Positions 1-8,986 of a stretch of DNA of 64,000 nucleotides are shown in pieces. Each line of letters opens with the position of its first letter. The stretch's first letter is position 1. The notes beneath the pieces are model-generated. The model was not told the DNA's origin. It saw only the letters and a list, made by a program, of their open reading frames with translations, and made no database searches. Source of the DNA: Candidatus Latescibacterota bacterium (GTDB lineage Bacteria; Latescibacterota; UBA2968; UBA8231); contig OZ253462.1 in the NCBI GenBank assembly GCA_965261395.1, positions 5,376,001 to 5,440,000 of the forward strand, read 5' to 3'. Both the position numbers and the translations under genes were made by a program.

Positions 1-1314
1 GGCGAATTGCCCTCGGATCGCCGCAACCTAACGCAAGTCCGCCATTTCCAGGAGCGCTTCCCGCTGCGCAAGGTGCGCCACGTGCGGCTGCTCTTCCCCA
101 TGTCCGAGGGCTTCGAAGCCTTTAACGGCCGCATCGGCACCACGGCCGAGTGGCAGGTCTTCGGCGAGGGCCACCCGGCCGCGGTGATGGCGCGCTCGCC
201 GATTTACGACCTGGGCTCCATCCAGCATATTGCGGAAATAGGCTGGGCAATCGACGCACCGCCGCAGACGCGCGTCGAAATTCGCAGCCGCACCGGCAAC
301 CTCCTCGACAACCAGCACATCTTTTACGATAAAAACGGCAAGCAAGTCACCGAGAGGAAATACAACAAGCTGATCCCCAGCTTCAAAGGGGCCATCGACA
401 CCGTCCGCACCGCTGGAGCCGACTGGAGCAACTGGAGCCGGGCCTACGCGACCTCCGGACAGGTCTTCCTCTCCCCCGGCCCTCGGCGCTACGTGCAGTT
501 GGACATCCACTTCCTCTCCGAAGACCCTTTCGCCACCGCGACCTTAGACGATATCGTCCTCGAATTCGGCAACCCGCTGGCCCAACAGACGCGCGCCGAA
601 GTCTTTCCCATCGAGGTTTCCCCCGGCGAAATGAGCCAATTTACCTACTATCTTCGCTCCGACTTCGTCTCGTCCAGCCGGGGCTTTGATCAGATCCAAC
701 TGGCCTCCACCGCTGGGGCCACCTTCCGTGCGCTGCGGCTCGCCGGCGAGCCGGTCACCGCCCCGGTCGAAGAAACCGAAAATGGCTTTAAGATCCTCCT
801 CGCTGAGCCGGTGCGACGCTCGGCCCTAATCGAAATTGACTTCGAGAGCATCCTCTATCTCAACCAGACCCGCTTCGAAGCCTTTCTCTTCAACAGCACC
901 CTGTCAACTACCTCGCGTCAACAGGTTGACCCCGGCGACGCCGAGGCCGCCATTACCAGCGACCGGACCTTTGTCTCCTTGCCCACCGACGGGCGACTCT
1001 TTGCGGACTTCTCGCTATCGAACCGAGTACTGACTCCCAATGGCGACGGCATCTCAGACCAGTTGCAAATTGACCTCGACCTGTTCAAAATGCTCGACCC
1101 GCGACCGGTCATCATCGGCGTCTATAACTTAACTGGCCACCGGGTCGCCCTCATCAGCGACGCGGCCACCACGGCCGGTCACCAGACCTATCAATGGGAC
1201 GGCCGCGACAGCCAAGGCCGCACCGTTGCGCCCGGGATCTACATCCTCCGCGTCACGGCTGAAGGCGACGCGCTGACCCGCAGCGAGAACCGCCTGATCT
1301 CGGTAGTCTACTGA
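1..1314 (+). CDS. Secreted FlgD-Ig/CHU_C-like C-terminal domain protein (5'-truncated by window edge)
   Basis: Open from the window start. WSNWS...SPGPRRYVQ motif. C-terminal TPNGDG...WDGRD...PGIY...SVVY. Paralogous to the ORFs at 58403-64000. Confidence 0.8.
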   Translation, partial: GELPSDRRNLTQVRHFQERFPLRKVRHVRLLFPMSEGFEAFNGRIGTTAEWQVFGEGHPAAVMARSPIYDLGSIQHIAEIGWAIDAPPQTRVEIRSRTGNLLDNQHIFYDKNGKQVTERKYNKLIPSFKGAIDTVRTAGADWSNWSRAYATSGQVFLSPGPRRYVQLDIHFLSEDPFATATLDDIVLEFGNPLAQQTRAEVFPIEVSPGEMSQFTYYLRSDFVSSSRGFDQIQLASTAGATFRALRLAGEPVTAPVEETENGFKILLAEPVRRSALIEIDFESILYLNQTRFEAFLFNSTLSTTSRQQVDPGDAEAAITSDRTFVSLPTDGRLFADFSLSNRVLTPNGDGISDQLQIDLDLFKMLDPRPVIIGVYNLTGHRVALISDAATTAGHQTYQWDGRDSQGRTVAPGIYILRVTAEGDALTRSENRLISVVY

Positions 1315-1468
1315 TGGCATTTTATTTTTGACAACGCTCGATACTGCCTACCCCGGTCGCTGCGACTTCCTCAGGACGTTGAGGCTGACGCCTCCCTAGG
1401 TGCTGGGGACCCGACCCACAGAACGCCGTTTTGGCGCTCTAATCTCAAACCCACATAAGGAGACATTC

Positions 1469-2677
1469 ATGGCCAAGATCAAGGAAGTCCGCTGCATCCG
1501 CACCCGCCGAAACGGCACGTGGGTCATCGTCAAAATCATCACCGACCAGCCCGGCCTCTACGGCATCGGCTCGGCCAGCGAGCACAACCACGCCGCCACC
1601 GTCGCCACGGCCCTCGAAGAAAGCCTAGGACCGCTGCTGATTGGCCGCGAGGCCAGCCGCATCGAAGACATCTGGCAATGCGTGTACAACAGCGGCTACT
1701 GGCGCAGCGGCTCCATCCTCAACGCCGCGCTGGGCGGCATTGACATGGCCCTATGGGACATCAAGGGCAAAGAGGCCGGGATGCCCGTGTACGAACTGCT
1801 AGGCGGAGCCTGCCGCGCGGCGGTCCCCTGCTACGCCCACGCCGGCGGCGGCGACCACGAGGCGCTCGCCGATGACATCCAGCGCTACATCGACGAGGGC
1901 TGGCCGGTAATCCGCTGCCAGCTCGGCGGCTATGGCGGCGGCGGGTTCGTGGAAAACGCGATCAAGCCGCGCAATGCCTGGTCGGCGGCACCGGCCTTTG
2001 ACGACGAAGCCTATCTAGAGGCAATTCCCGCGATGTTCGAGTACTTGCGCAACAAGCTAGGTTTTGGCCCCAAGCTCACCCACGACGTCCACGAGCATCT
2101 CAAACCCCAAATCGCGGTGGCACTGGCCAAGCGGCTGGAGCCGTATCGGCTGTTTTTCCTCGAAGACGCGCTTGCGCCCGAGCAGATCGGCTGGTACCGG
2201 CTCATGCGCCAGCAATGCACCACGCCGCAGGCCATGGGTGAGCTATTCGTCAATGTTCACGAATACCTGCCGCTGATCAGCGAACGCCTCATCGACTACG
2301 TCCGCGTACGGGTAGCTAAAGGCGGCGGCATCACCCCCTGCCGCAAAATCGCCGCGCTCTGCGAGTTTTACGGAGTGCAGACGGCTTGGCAGGAAGGCGG
2401 AGACAACGATCCGGTCAACCAAGCGGCAGCCATGCATCTCGATATGTCGAGCTATAGCTTCGGGATTCAGGAGGAAAACGGTTTCAGTCCAGCAGAGCTA
2501 GAAGCGTTCCCCGGACACGCGACCATGAAAGGAGGGTACATGTATCCCAACGACCAGCCAGGGCTAGGGGTCGATATCGACGAGGAAAAGGCGAAGAATC
2601 TGTTGGTCGGGGATCAGGTGCGCGCCTTTTACGCAGCCGAGGACCGCCGGGCCGACGGGAGCGTGGTGCGGCCCTGA
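1469..2677 (+). CDS. Enolase-superfamily dehydratase (mandelate racemase / D-mannonate dehydratase-like)
   Basis: AAGGAG RBS before ATG 1469. GIDMALWDIKGK motif; metal-ligand motifs HDVHE, FLED, GE; C-terminal PGLGVD. Confidence 0.88.
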   Translation: MAKIKEVRCIRTRRNGTWVIVKIITDQPGLYGIGSASEHNHAATVATALEESLGPLLIGREASRIEDIWQCVYNSGYWRSGSILNAALGGIDMALWDIKGKEAGMPVYELLGGACRAAVPCYAHAGGGDHEALADDIQRYIDEGWPVIRCQLGGYGGGGFVENAIKPRNAWSAAPAFDDEAYLEAIPAMFEYLRNKLGFGPKLTHDVHEHLKPQIAVALAKRLEPYRLFFLEDALAPEQIGWYRLMRQQCTTPQAMGELFVNVHEYLPLISERLIDYVRVRVAKGGGITPCRKIAALCEFYGVQTAWQEGGDNDPVNQAAAMHLDMSSYSFGIQEENGFSPAELEAFPGHATMKGGYMYPNDQPGLGVDIDEEKAKNLLVGDQVRAFYAAEDRRADGSVVRP

Positions 2678-2707
2678 GTGGCGGGGCCTAGTGAAGTTCT
2701 CCTTTGC

Positions 2708-4360
2708 TCATCGGGCGATCAGCATCGTCACCCGCTGCGGCTCGGTTCCCAGCGGCAGTCTCCGGGCCCCGTGTGCATCTCGTAGCGTGAACGGGTGATG
2801 CATGAGGATGTCCTGCTTGCCGTCCTTGTTGAGGTCCACTAGCCAGGTGTGTTCCTCGTCGTTGGGCACGGCGACCGCAACGTCCTGAGGCCGCTGGGAA
2901 AACAGGTCCGGCCCCGACACGCCGACAAAGATGTCCAGGTGCCTCGGGTGCTGCCCGATGAGCAGGTCGGAGAGGCCGTCGCCGGTCACATCCCCGATGA
3001 GCAAAGTCGAGTTGAACGCGCGCGGCCAACTCTTTTGTGTCTTGCGGCGTTCGTGCGTCGCCCCTCGAAGCACGATGTCCAGTGGCACCCACCCCGGCTC
3101 CTTATGGCTGGGTACGCCGTCCAACGCGATTCTGCGGATGGCGTCGGGTGTGTCGGGATAGCGGCCCCCTTCCATGTGGTAGAACTCGAGATCCAGCCAG
3201 ATGTCATCGCCCATGAACCCCTTGATGCTCTTCCAGAGGCTGCCTTCGAGAAAGTCGAGATCAATGGTTGTCAACATAAGATCAACCTGGCCGTCGCGAT
3301 CAAAGTCGTGTCGGTCCATCCCGAGTTGGATGCTGCCATCAGACTGAAACGTGGCTCCGACCTCCGGCGCAAACGCGGTGCCGCCATCGGCTGTTGGCAT
3401 GCCGAAATGCACCTCGTAGGTGGAACGCTTGCTGGAAATGCTCCGGCCCTCCAGCGAGAAGACCACCAAGTCGGTGACGCCGTCGCCGTTCAGGTCGGTT
3501 AGCGAGTGCAGCACCTTCCCCGTCATATCTCCGGTAGCGAGCGAAGAGAGGTCGTCGGAGTCGAATGCTACATCGGTCGTGAAGGTCTCCGCCTCCGGGG
3601 CAAACAGCCCACGCTCGTCTTGGAGATGAACCTCGAAGTGGTCCTCCTTCCAGAACACTAGATCGCGGCGACCATCTCGGTTGTAGTCTATCTCGTGGAC
3701 ACGACTCTGAGACCAAGGATTGTATCTATAGCCATCGGCTCCGTAGATCCTACTCATGTCGGTGGAGGGGCCGATCTTCACGGGATCGGCGAACGCACCG
3801 TCGCTCATCTGGATGAACACCCAGAAGCCATCGACGTCCGGCACGACCAAGTCGTCGCGCCCGTCGCCGTTCACGTCCCGCGTAACATTTACATGGGGGA
3901 TTTCGCTGCTACGCGGCGGATTGAAGTTGGAAGTCGCCGCCACCAGCGTGCGTTCTGTCGCCGATTCGGGATCGAACCAGTTCAGGCGGCCGGACTCGTA
4001 CGCAATCAAGCGGTCGCGTCCGCCGATATTGGCCACATCGATGAACAATACTTCGGGACACAGCGTTGCGTCGAGTAGCGGTTCCCAAGTGCTGTCGCCG
4101 AACGCGTACACGCGCAAGCGGTGGTCGTCGTTTTCGTCGATGTTCACCACGGCCAGTTCGGCCATAGCACCACCGAGCAGGAACCCCGTCAAAACGGCCT
4201 GGCGTTCCGCCGAGCCGATGACGACCTCGTACTGCTCGAAAGTGAATTCCGCGGCGGCCGGCATCATCGGCTCAGCCCCAATAGCGACTTGTGCCTGAGT
4301 CGAGAAACTGAAGGTTACACTCAAAAAGATGCAGATCAGACGAGCAATCGAGCGTGTCAT
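2708..4360 (-). CDS. Secreted FG-GAP/VCBS repeat protein
   Basis: Signal peptide and repeated DxNGDGxxD motifs (DVNGDGRDD, DYNRDGRRD, DLNGDGVTD, DVTGDGLSD, DLNKDGKQD). Confidence 0.85.
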   Translation of the reverse strand: MTRSIARLICIFLSVTFSFSTQAQVAIGAEPMMPAAAEFTFEQYEVVIGSAERQAVLTGFLLGGAMAELAVVNIDENDDHRLRVYAFGDSTWEPLLDATLCPEVLFIDVANIGGRDRLIAYESGRLNWFDPESATERTLVAATSNFNPPRSSEIPHVNVTRDVNGDGRDDLVVPDVDGFWVFIQMSDGAFADPVKIGPSTDMSRIYGADGYRYNPWSQSRVHEIDYNRDGRRDLVFWKEDHFEVHLQDERGLFAPEAETFTTDVAFDSDDLSSLATGDMTGKVLHSLTDLNGDGVTDLVVFSLEGRSISSKRSTYEVHFGMPTADGGTAFAPEVGATFQSDGSIQLGMDRHDFDRDGQVDLMLTTIDLDFLEGSLWKSIKGFMGDDIWLDLEFYHMEGGRYPDTPDAIRRIALDGVPSHKEPGWVPLDIVLRGATHERRKTQKSWPRAFNSTLLIGDVTGDGLSDLLIGQHPRHLDIFVGVSGPDLFSQRPQDVAVAVPNDEEHTWLVDLNKDGKQDILMHHPFTLRDAHGARRLPLGTEPQRVTMLIAR

Positions 4361-4464
4361 TATTTCTGAATCGCGTCCCTTTCACGTTTCCTCGGATAGG
4401 ACCATCACTGGCGTCGCTTACTTTAACACCGTCGCCAGTGATATGCGTTACTCGTCAAGATGTC

Positions 4465-6948
4465 CTAGCGGATCAAGGCCATCCGCCCCACCGCAGTAAA
4501 ATCCGCTCCACCGCTGAGTCGGTACAAATAGACGCCGCTGGCGGCCGGCCGACCTTCGTCGTCGCGGCCGTTCCAAGGGGTGCGATACTGACCAGCCGTC
4601 AGCGTCTCTCCACTGTGCAGGGCGCGGACGCGGCGTCCCAGCACGTCGTACACCACGAGGCGCACCGGCGCGGTCCTCGCCACGTCAAAGGCGATGACCG
4701 TATTGGCGTTGAATGGATTGGGCCAGTTGCCGTGCAACCGAAACGCTTCGGGCACTCCTGCGGCCTGTTCGGCAATCGCCGTCTGAACCTGATTCGGAGC
4801 TCCCGGCGTAGGAGTATTTACGGTCTGAAAATCGCCCGTGATATCCGGCACGCGCGCCCAACTCGTCCCCTCATCGGCCTGTCCCTTTTCCCAGTCAATC
4901 TGAGCGACCAAGGTGCCGTCTGCCGTCCAGATGCCCAGCTCTTCGTCGCGGCCGAGGGCAAAGCCGGGCCACCCGTCTTTATCTAGCTGAATCTGTAGAA
5001 ACTCACCCGCCTCAATGACCGTGCCAGCCGGAAAGGAGATGCGCTTACTTTCGTCCGTCAGGTCGTCGGCCATCACAAAGTCCGCAAGATCTATCATCTC
5101 ATCCGAGGCATTGTAGAGTTCAAACCAATCGAGGGGATCGCCTTGGGCGGCGACCTCGTTGATAACCAGTCCAATCTCTGCCCCGGCTTCGTCGCCGTCT
5201 TCTGCTACCGTGTCCCCTCCTCCGCCAAAGCTGAATAAGGTGCCATAAAACCGGCCCGAAATTTTCGCGCCCGGCTCCGTGCTGGCCTCGCTGAATTCAA
5301 TCCCTCCCTTGGCAATTAGTTCAAACTGGTCCGGATCGCTATCAGGCGATGGCAACGACAAGCGGTAGCCACGGACTGCATTCATGTCGATGGGTAAGCT
5401 GGCACCGCTCACCACCCATTCCACCGGCAGCGAAGCGGTGATAATGTCGATGTTTTTTCCAAGGCTGATAATGGATAAAGACGCCCTGTCCTTGTCCGTG
5501 CGCCCTTCATCCTCTTCAAAGCCGGCTATGGCTCCCGAGAGCCCAAAGCCCTGCTCTTTTCCTCCTAGCTTGTACTCAGTGAACTCGACCGTCCCTTCCC
5601 CCAGCGGATTCTCGCTTGCACTCGATCCCCATGTCGTCTCAAAGTGCAGATCAAACACGCCCCTTTCCGGCCAGCAGATATCGGCTGCGGCCAGCGGCCA
5701 AGACCAAGTGGACGGCTCTGGATCGAGATCGGCCAAAATCACCGCGCGCCGCGCGCGGATGAACCGGCGCACCCGGTCTGCGTCGCGGGCGGCATCCGCG
5801 CGCCTTTTGGCCAGCGCGTGCTGCTGGACGATCGCCGCCATCTCGTCGGCGAGGTCGAGCAGTTCTTCTTCGTTCCAGACCGTGTCGAGCAGTTGCTTGA
5901 GGCGGGCTACATAGGCGGCTCGCATCGCGTCTTCGCGGTATAAACGGTGGGCAATGGCCCCGTGCGCCATGACCGCAGGCGGCGACACAAAGTCGTCAAA
6001 GGGGCCATCGGTCGAGGTAAAAACTTGATCTGCGCCCCAAGGCATGAACACAAAAGGTGCCTCCGGCTCGCGGTACACGTAGAAATTATTGCGGTTGCCG
6101 GCGTACCCATCCCAGTGCCCGATCAGCACTTCGACGGCCCAGAAGGTGAGGAAGCTGTCGAGGTCAATGGCAGCGGCGAGGGCTTCTAAGCCGGCCGGGG
6201 AGGGGTCTTGCAGCGCGGCGACGATCGCGTCGATATCCGACCAATCCGCTTCTGCCTCGTTGGTTTTCTTCTGCAAGGTGCCGCGCCATTCGGGCCGAAA
6301 ATCGCTGACGGTCCCCTCGTAAAAATTGCCGCTTGGATCGGAGAAATTGCGCTCTAAAAAGGCGGTTTTCATGCTCTCGACGTGTACGTACAAGCCCAAG
6401 TTTTCGCCGTTTACCGCAACGGTAGCAAAGTTGCAGCGCGGTGCTGGCAGACCGGCGGCAGCAAAGACGTGATAGGCCATACAGGTATTGAGCATCGACG
6501 GGTCCTGCTGAACATTATTCAGCGTCAGGCGCTTCATCGCATCGCCGAGGAGCTGACCGTCGATGAACTTGTCGAAGCGGACCTTGAGCGCGGGTTTCAC
6601 CTTACTCAGCGATCCGATGAACCCTTTCTTGCGGACGCCGACTTGGGTGTGGGTTTCGCCGTCCACGGTTACGGTCGCCTCGAACCAAGTGAAGACCTCA
6701 TCCGCGGGGCTGTCGAGGCAGTCGGCACCACCGAGTATATCCGCGAGAGTCCGCGTCTGGGCGCGCAGGCGATCCCAATCCTCGGGTGCCATCTCAATGC
6801 TCACGTCGAGCACGCGGTCGAGGGCGAAGTAGGGGTCGCTGGGATGGGACGTGTCCGCAGCCACTTGGCCAGATGTTGGATGGACGGCCAAGAGTAATGC
6901 CGCGAGCACTATATGCGCGACCGCAAGTACGCTCTGGTGGTTTTTCAT
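4465..6948 (-). CDS. CotH kinase-family protein with lamin-tail domain and FlgD-Ig/T9SS-like C-terminal domain
   Basis: GAGG RBS, start MKNHQ, signal peptide. CotH motifs VGVRKKG, HWDGY..NRNNFY, PWGAD. LTD motifs VINEV..DWFELYN..TPGAPN. C-terminal NWPNPFN...WNGRD...SGVY. Confidence 0.85.
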   Translation of the reverse strand: MKNHQSVLAVAHIVLAALLLAVHPTSGQVAADTSHPSDPYFALDRVLDVSIEMAPEDWDRLRAQTRTLADILGGADCLDSPADEVFTWFEATVTVDGETHTQVGVRKKGFIGSLSKVKPALKVRFDKFIDGQLLGDAMKRLTLNNVQQDPSMLNTCMAYHVFAAAGLPAPRCNFATVAVNGENLGLYVHVESMKTAFLERNFSDPSGNFYEGTVSDFRPEWRGTLQKKTNEAEADWSDIDAIVAALQDPSPAGLEALAAAIDLDSFLTFWAVEVLIGHWDGYAGNRNNFYVYREPEAPFVFMPWGADQVFTSTDGPFDDFVSPPAVMAHGAIAHRLYREDAMRAAYVARLKQLLDTVWNEEELLDLADEMAAIVQQHALAKRRADAARDADRVRRFIRARRAVILADLDPEPSTWSWPLAAADICWPERGVFDLHFETTWGSSASENPLGEGTVEFTEYKLGGKEQGFGLSGAIAGFEEDEGRTDKDRASLSIISLGKNIDIITASLPVEWVVSGASLPIDMNAVRGYRLSLPSPDSDPDQFELIAKGGIEFSEASTEPGAKISGRFYGTLFSFGGGGDTVAEDGDEAGAEIGLVINEVAAQGDPLDWFELYNASDEMIDLADFVMADDLTDESKRISFPAGTVIEAGEFLQIQLDKDGWPGFALGRDEELGIWTADGTLVAQIDWEKGQADEGTSWARVPDITGDFQTVNTPTPGAPNQVQTAIAEQAAGVPEAFRLHGNWPNPFNANTVIAFDVARTAPVRLVVYDVLGRRVRALHSGETLTAGQYRTPWNGRDDEGRPAASGVYLYRLSGGADFTAVGRMALIR

Positions 6949-7011
6949 TTGTTCCTCTTCGTTTAACTGGATAAAGTCGTCAAATACCGGCGTCGAAACC
7001 GCATTAAACAC

Positions 7012-8979
7012 TCAACCGTGCAGGATGGGATGGCCGTTGCCGGTAAAAAATACCACATCCACGAGGAAGGAAAGACCAACGCCGAGGAAGTAGCCGGCGA
7101 TTAGTCCGATGAAGAACGGCGCGGCTTTGCGGTATAGTTCGATGCCGCCAAAGCGCATAATCAGGCTCTTGGCCGCCCACGCCACAAAGATCGCCGGAGC
7201 TTGGTTGCGCACCATCCAGATCGCGGAGATGGCCAAGCCCACCGGGTGCAGGGGCCACCACGGAAAGCGATACTGCATAAATGTCAAAACTGACATCGCC
7301 GCCGCGCCGATGCCGAAGAAGCTGAGCTTTTGCGCGTGGAAATCGGCCGGGGCCTTGATCTTGGCCATCACATCGCCAAAGGCCATCACGCCAGCACCCG
7401 AGGAGACGCGGAAGATCCAAGAATTGAAGTTGGAAGCCCCCTGCTCGTAGGCCATGGAGATGAGATTGGTCAGCGAAACCGCAAAGGACAGCACCACGGC
7501 TAAGGCGATGGCCAAGACAAAGCCGCGGCGGGCAATGTGCAGGCTGTGCTGCAGCTTGGCAGCGTGCGCGGCCGAGGGCATGAAGATGGACTGCACATCG
7601 CCGAAAAAGGCATAGGTCAGCCCCAAGGCCGCCAAACCCGTCGGCGAAATGGCGCTGGTGCCCAGCGTCATCATGGTCATCGCCTGACTGACAACAGGCG
7701 TGGTCAGGTAGAACACGCCGGTCTGCACCACCAAGCGCGTAATACCCAAATAGGCGATGAGGACGCCAGCCAAAAAGAGCATGGCTACCGACCACTCCAT
7801 GCCAGCCTTGTGCAGCCAAATTAGCATGTAGAAGGTACCCAACAAGAGGCCCAGCACGGCGGCGCGATAGGACATCAACTCGCGGCGGTCATCAATCGGG
7901 TAGGCCGGATTCCACGCCTTGCGGAACACGTCCTTGAGGTGGTCGCGCGCCATCCACAACCCCCACAGCACCAGCACCACAAACGCCCCCCAACACTGCC
8001 AAGATGTCGAAGGCAGCCCCCAGACGAATTTATCCGCCTCGGTGACGCCGAGGCCAAAGCGATTGAACAAACCCTCTTCGAGCAGCGTCAGCAAAAAGAA
8101 GAACCAAATGCTGAAGGTCACATTGAGGTTGGCAAAGTACATGAAGCCAATGACCGGGAAGTAGAAGCGGATGTTAATGGTCGGAAAGCCGTGCGCGATT
8201 TGGATGGGATGGTGCCATTCGATCTTGGGAAAGAAGTGAAAGAAAAAGCCGACGATGTTCCATAAGACAATGCACAGCGGAATGGCCGCCCCTGCCCAGA
8301 AGACTTTGCTGTACATGACCGCTGGCAGTCGGCGGGAGCTATCGGCGTTGGCGACGAGGGCCTGGGGCACTTCCATTAGCGGGTAGGCCAACCGCTCGCG
8401 CTCGACCCACTGCTTGCGCAGGATGACCACTACACAGAAGCAGACTAGGTATAAAGTCCAGATAAAACTCAGCCACCAAAACAGCGGCATGGCCCAGGCG
8501 GCTAGCAAGGTGCCCCAGGGGGTGGGTTCGCCAAGAGGTAGCCCCTCGAAAAACCAAGTCATGGCCAAGCCGTCGTTGGACGGCAGCAGCCAAGCGGGCA
8601 GGTAGGGCAAAACGTACGTGCCCCACTGATTCTCCGCGGACGCAAAGTAATACGGCGTCGTCGGTATGGCTAGGAAGTAGCCGATGAGAAAAACCGGGAT
8701 GCCGGTGCAGACCAAGCCCATGACGACGACGGTGATCATCTCGGCGGGGCGCAGTGCCCAGTTCGCGTTGAGGGTCTTCAGCAGAGCATTGGCGAAGATG
8801 AGGCAGATAAAGAGAAACCCCACCCCAATCGGAAAGAACGACCACGTCATCTCAGACGAGCCAAACGTCCAGATCGAGTGCGGTGCTCCCAAGCTGATCA
8901 ACACCACCACGGCGCAGCCCACGAGCAAGGAGCGCACGGTGACGCCTGTGCCCTCTTGCTGTACCGGATGGGTTGCCAA
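7012..8979 (-). CDS. DUF6785/DUF6784-type polytopic membrane protein (putative peptide transporter-like), tandem copy 2
   Basis: 655 aa, many TM helices. RKQWVERERLAYP, FPWWPLHPVG and PFFIGL motifs. TTG start is uncertain. Confidence 0.8.
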   Translation of the reverse strand: MATHPVQQEGTGVTVRSLLVGCAVVVLISLGAPHSIWTFGSSEMTWSFFPIGVGFLFICLIFANALLKTLNANWALRPAEMITVVVMGLVCTGIPVFLIGYFLAIPTTPYYFASAENQWGTYVLPYLPAWLLPSNDGLAMTWFFEGLPLGEPTPWGTLLAAWAMPLFWWLSFIWTLYLVCFCVVVILRKQWVERERLAYPLMEVPQALVANADSSRRLPAVMYSKVFWAGAAIPLCIVLWNIVGFFFHFFPKIEWHHPIQIAHGFPTINIRFYFPVIGFMYFANLNVTFSIWFFFLLTLLEEGLFNRFGLGVTEADKFVWGLPSTSWQCWGAFVVLVLWGLWMARDHLKDVFRKAWNPAYPIDDRRELMSYRAAVLGLLLGTFYMLIWLHKAGMEWSVAMLFLAGVLIAYLGITRLVVQTGVFYLTTPVVSQAMTMMTLGTSAISPTGLAALGLTYAFFGDVQSIFMPSAAHAAKLQHSLHIARRGFVLAIALAVVLSFAVSLTNLISMAYEQGASNFNSWIFRVSSGAGVMAFGDVMAKIKAPADFHAQKLSFFGIGAAAMSVLTFMQYRFPWWPLHPVGLAISAIWMVRNQAPAIFVAWAAKSLIMRFGGIELYRKAAPFFIGLIAGYFLGVGLSFLVDVVFFTGNGHPILHG

Positions 8980-8986
8980 CGCGGCC

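Noticed and set aside
1351-1440. SAH riboswitch (CGCTGCGAC...CAGG...GGCGCTC resemblance)
   Set aside because: It lacks the GAGGAGCG 5' strand needed for P1 and the pseudoknot, and the downstream gene is not SAH-related.
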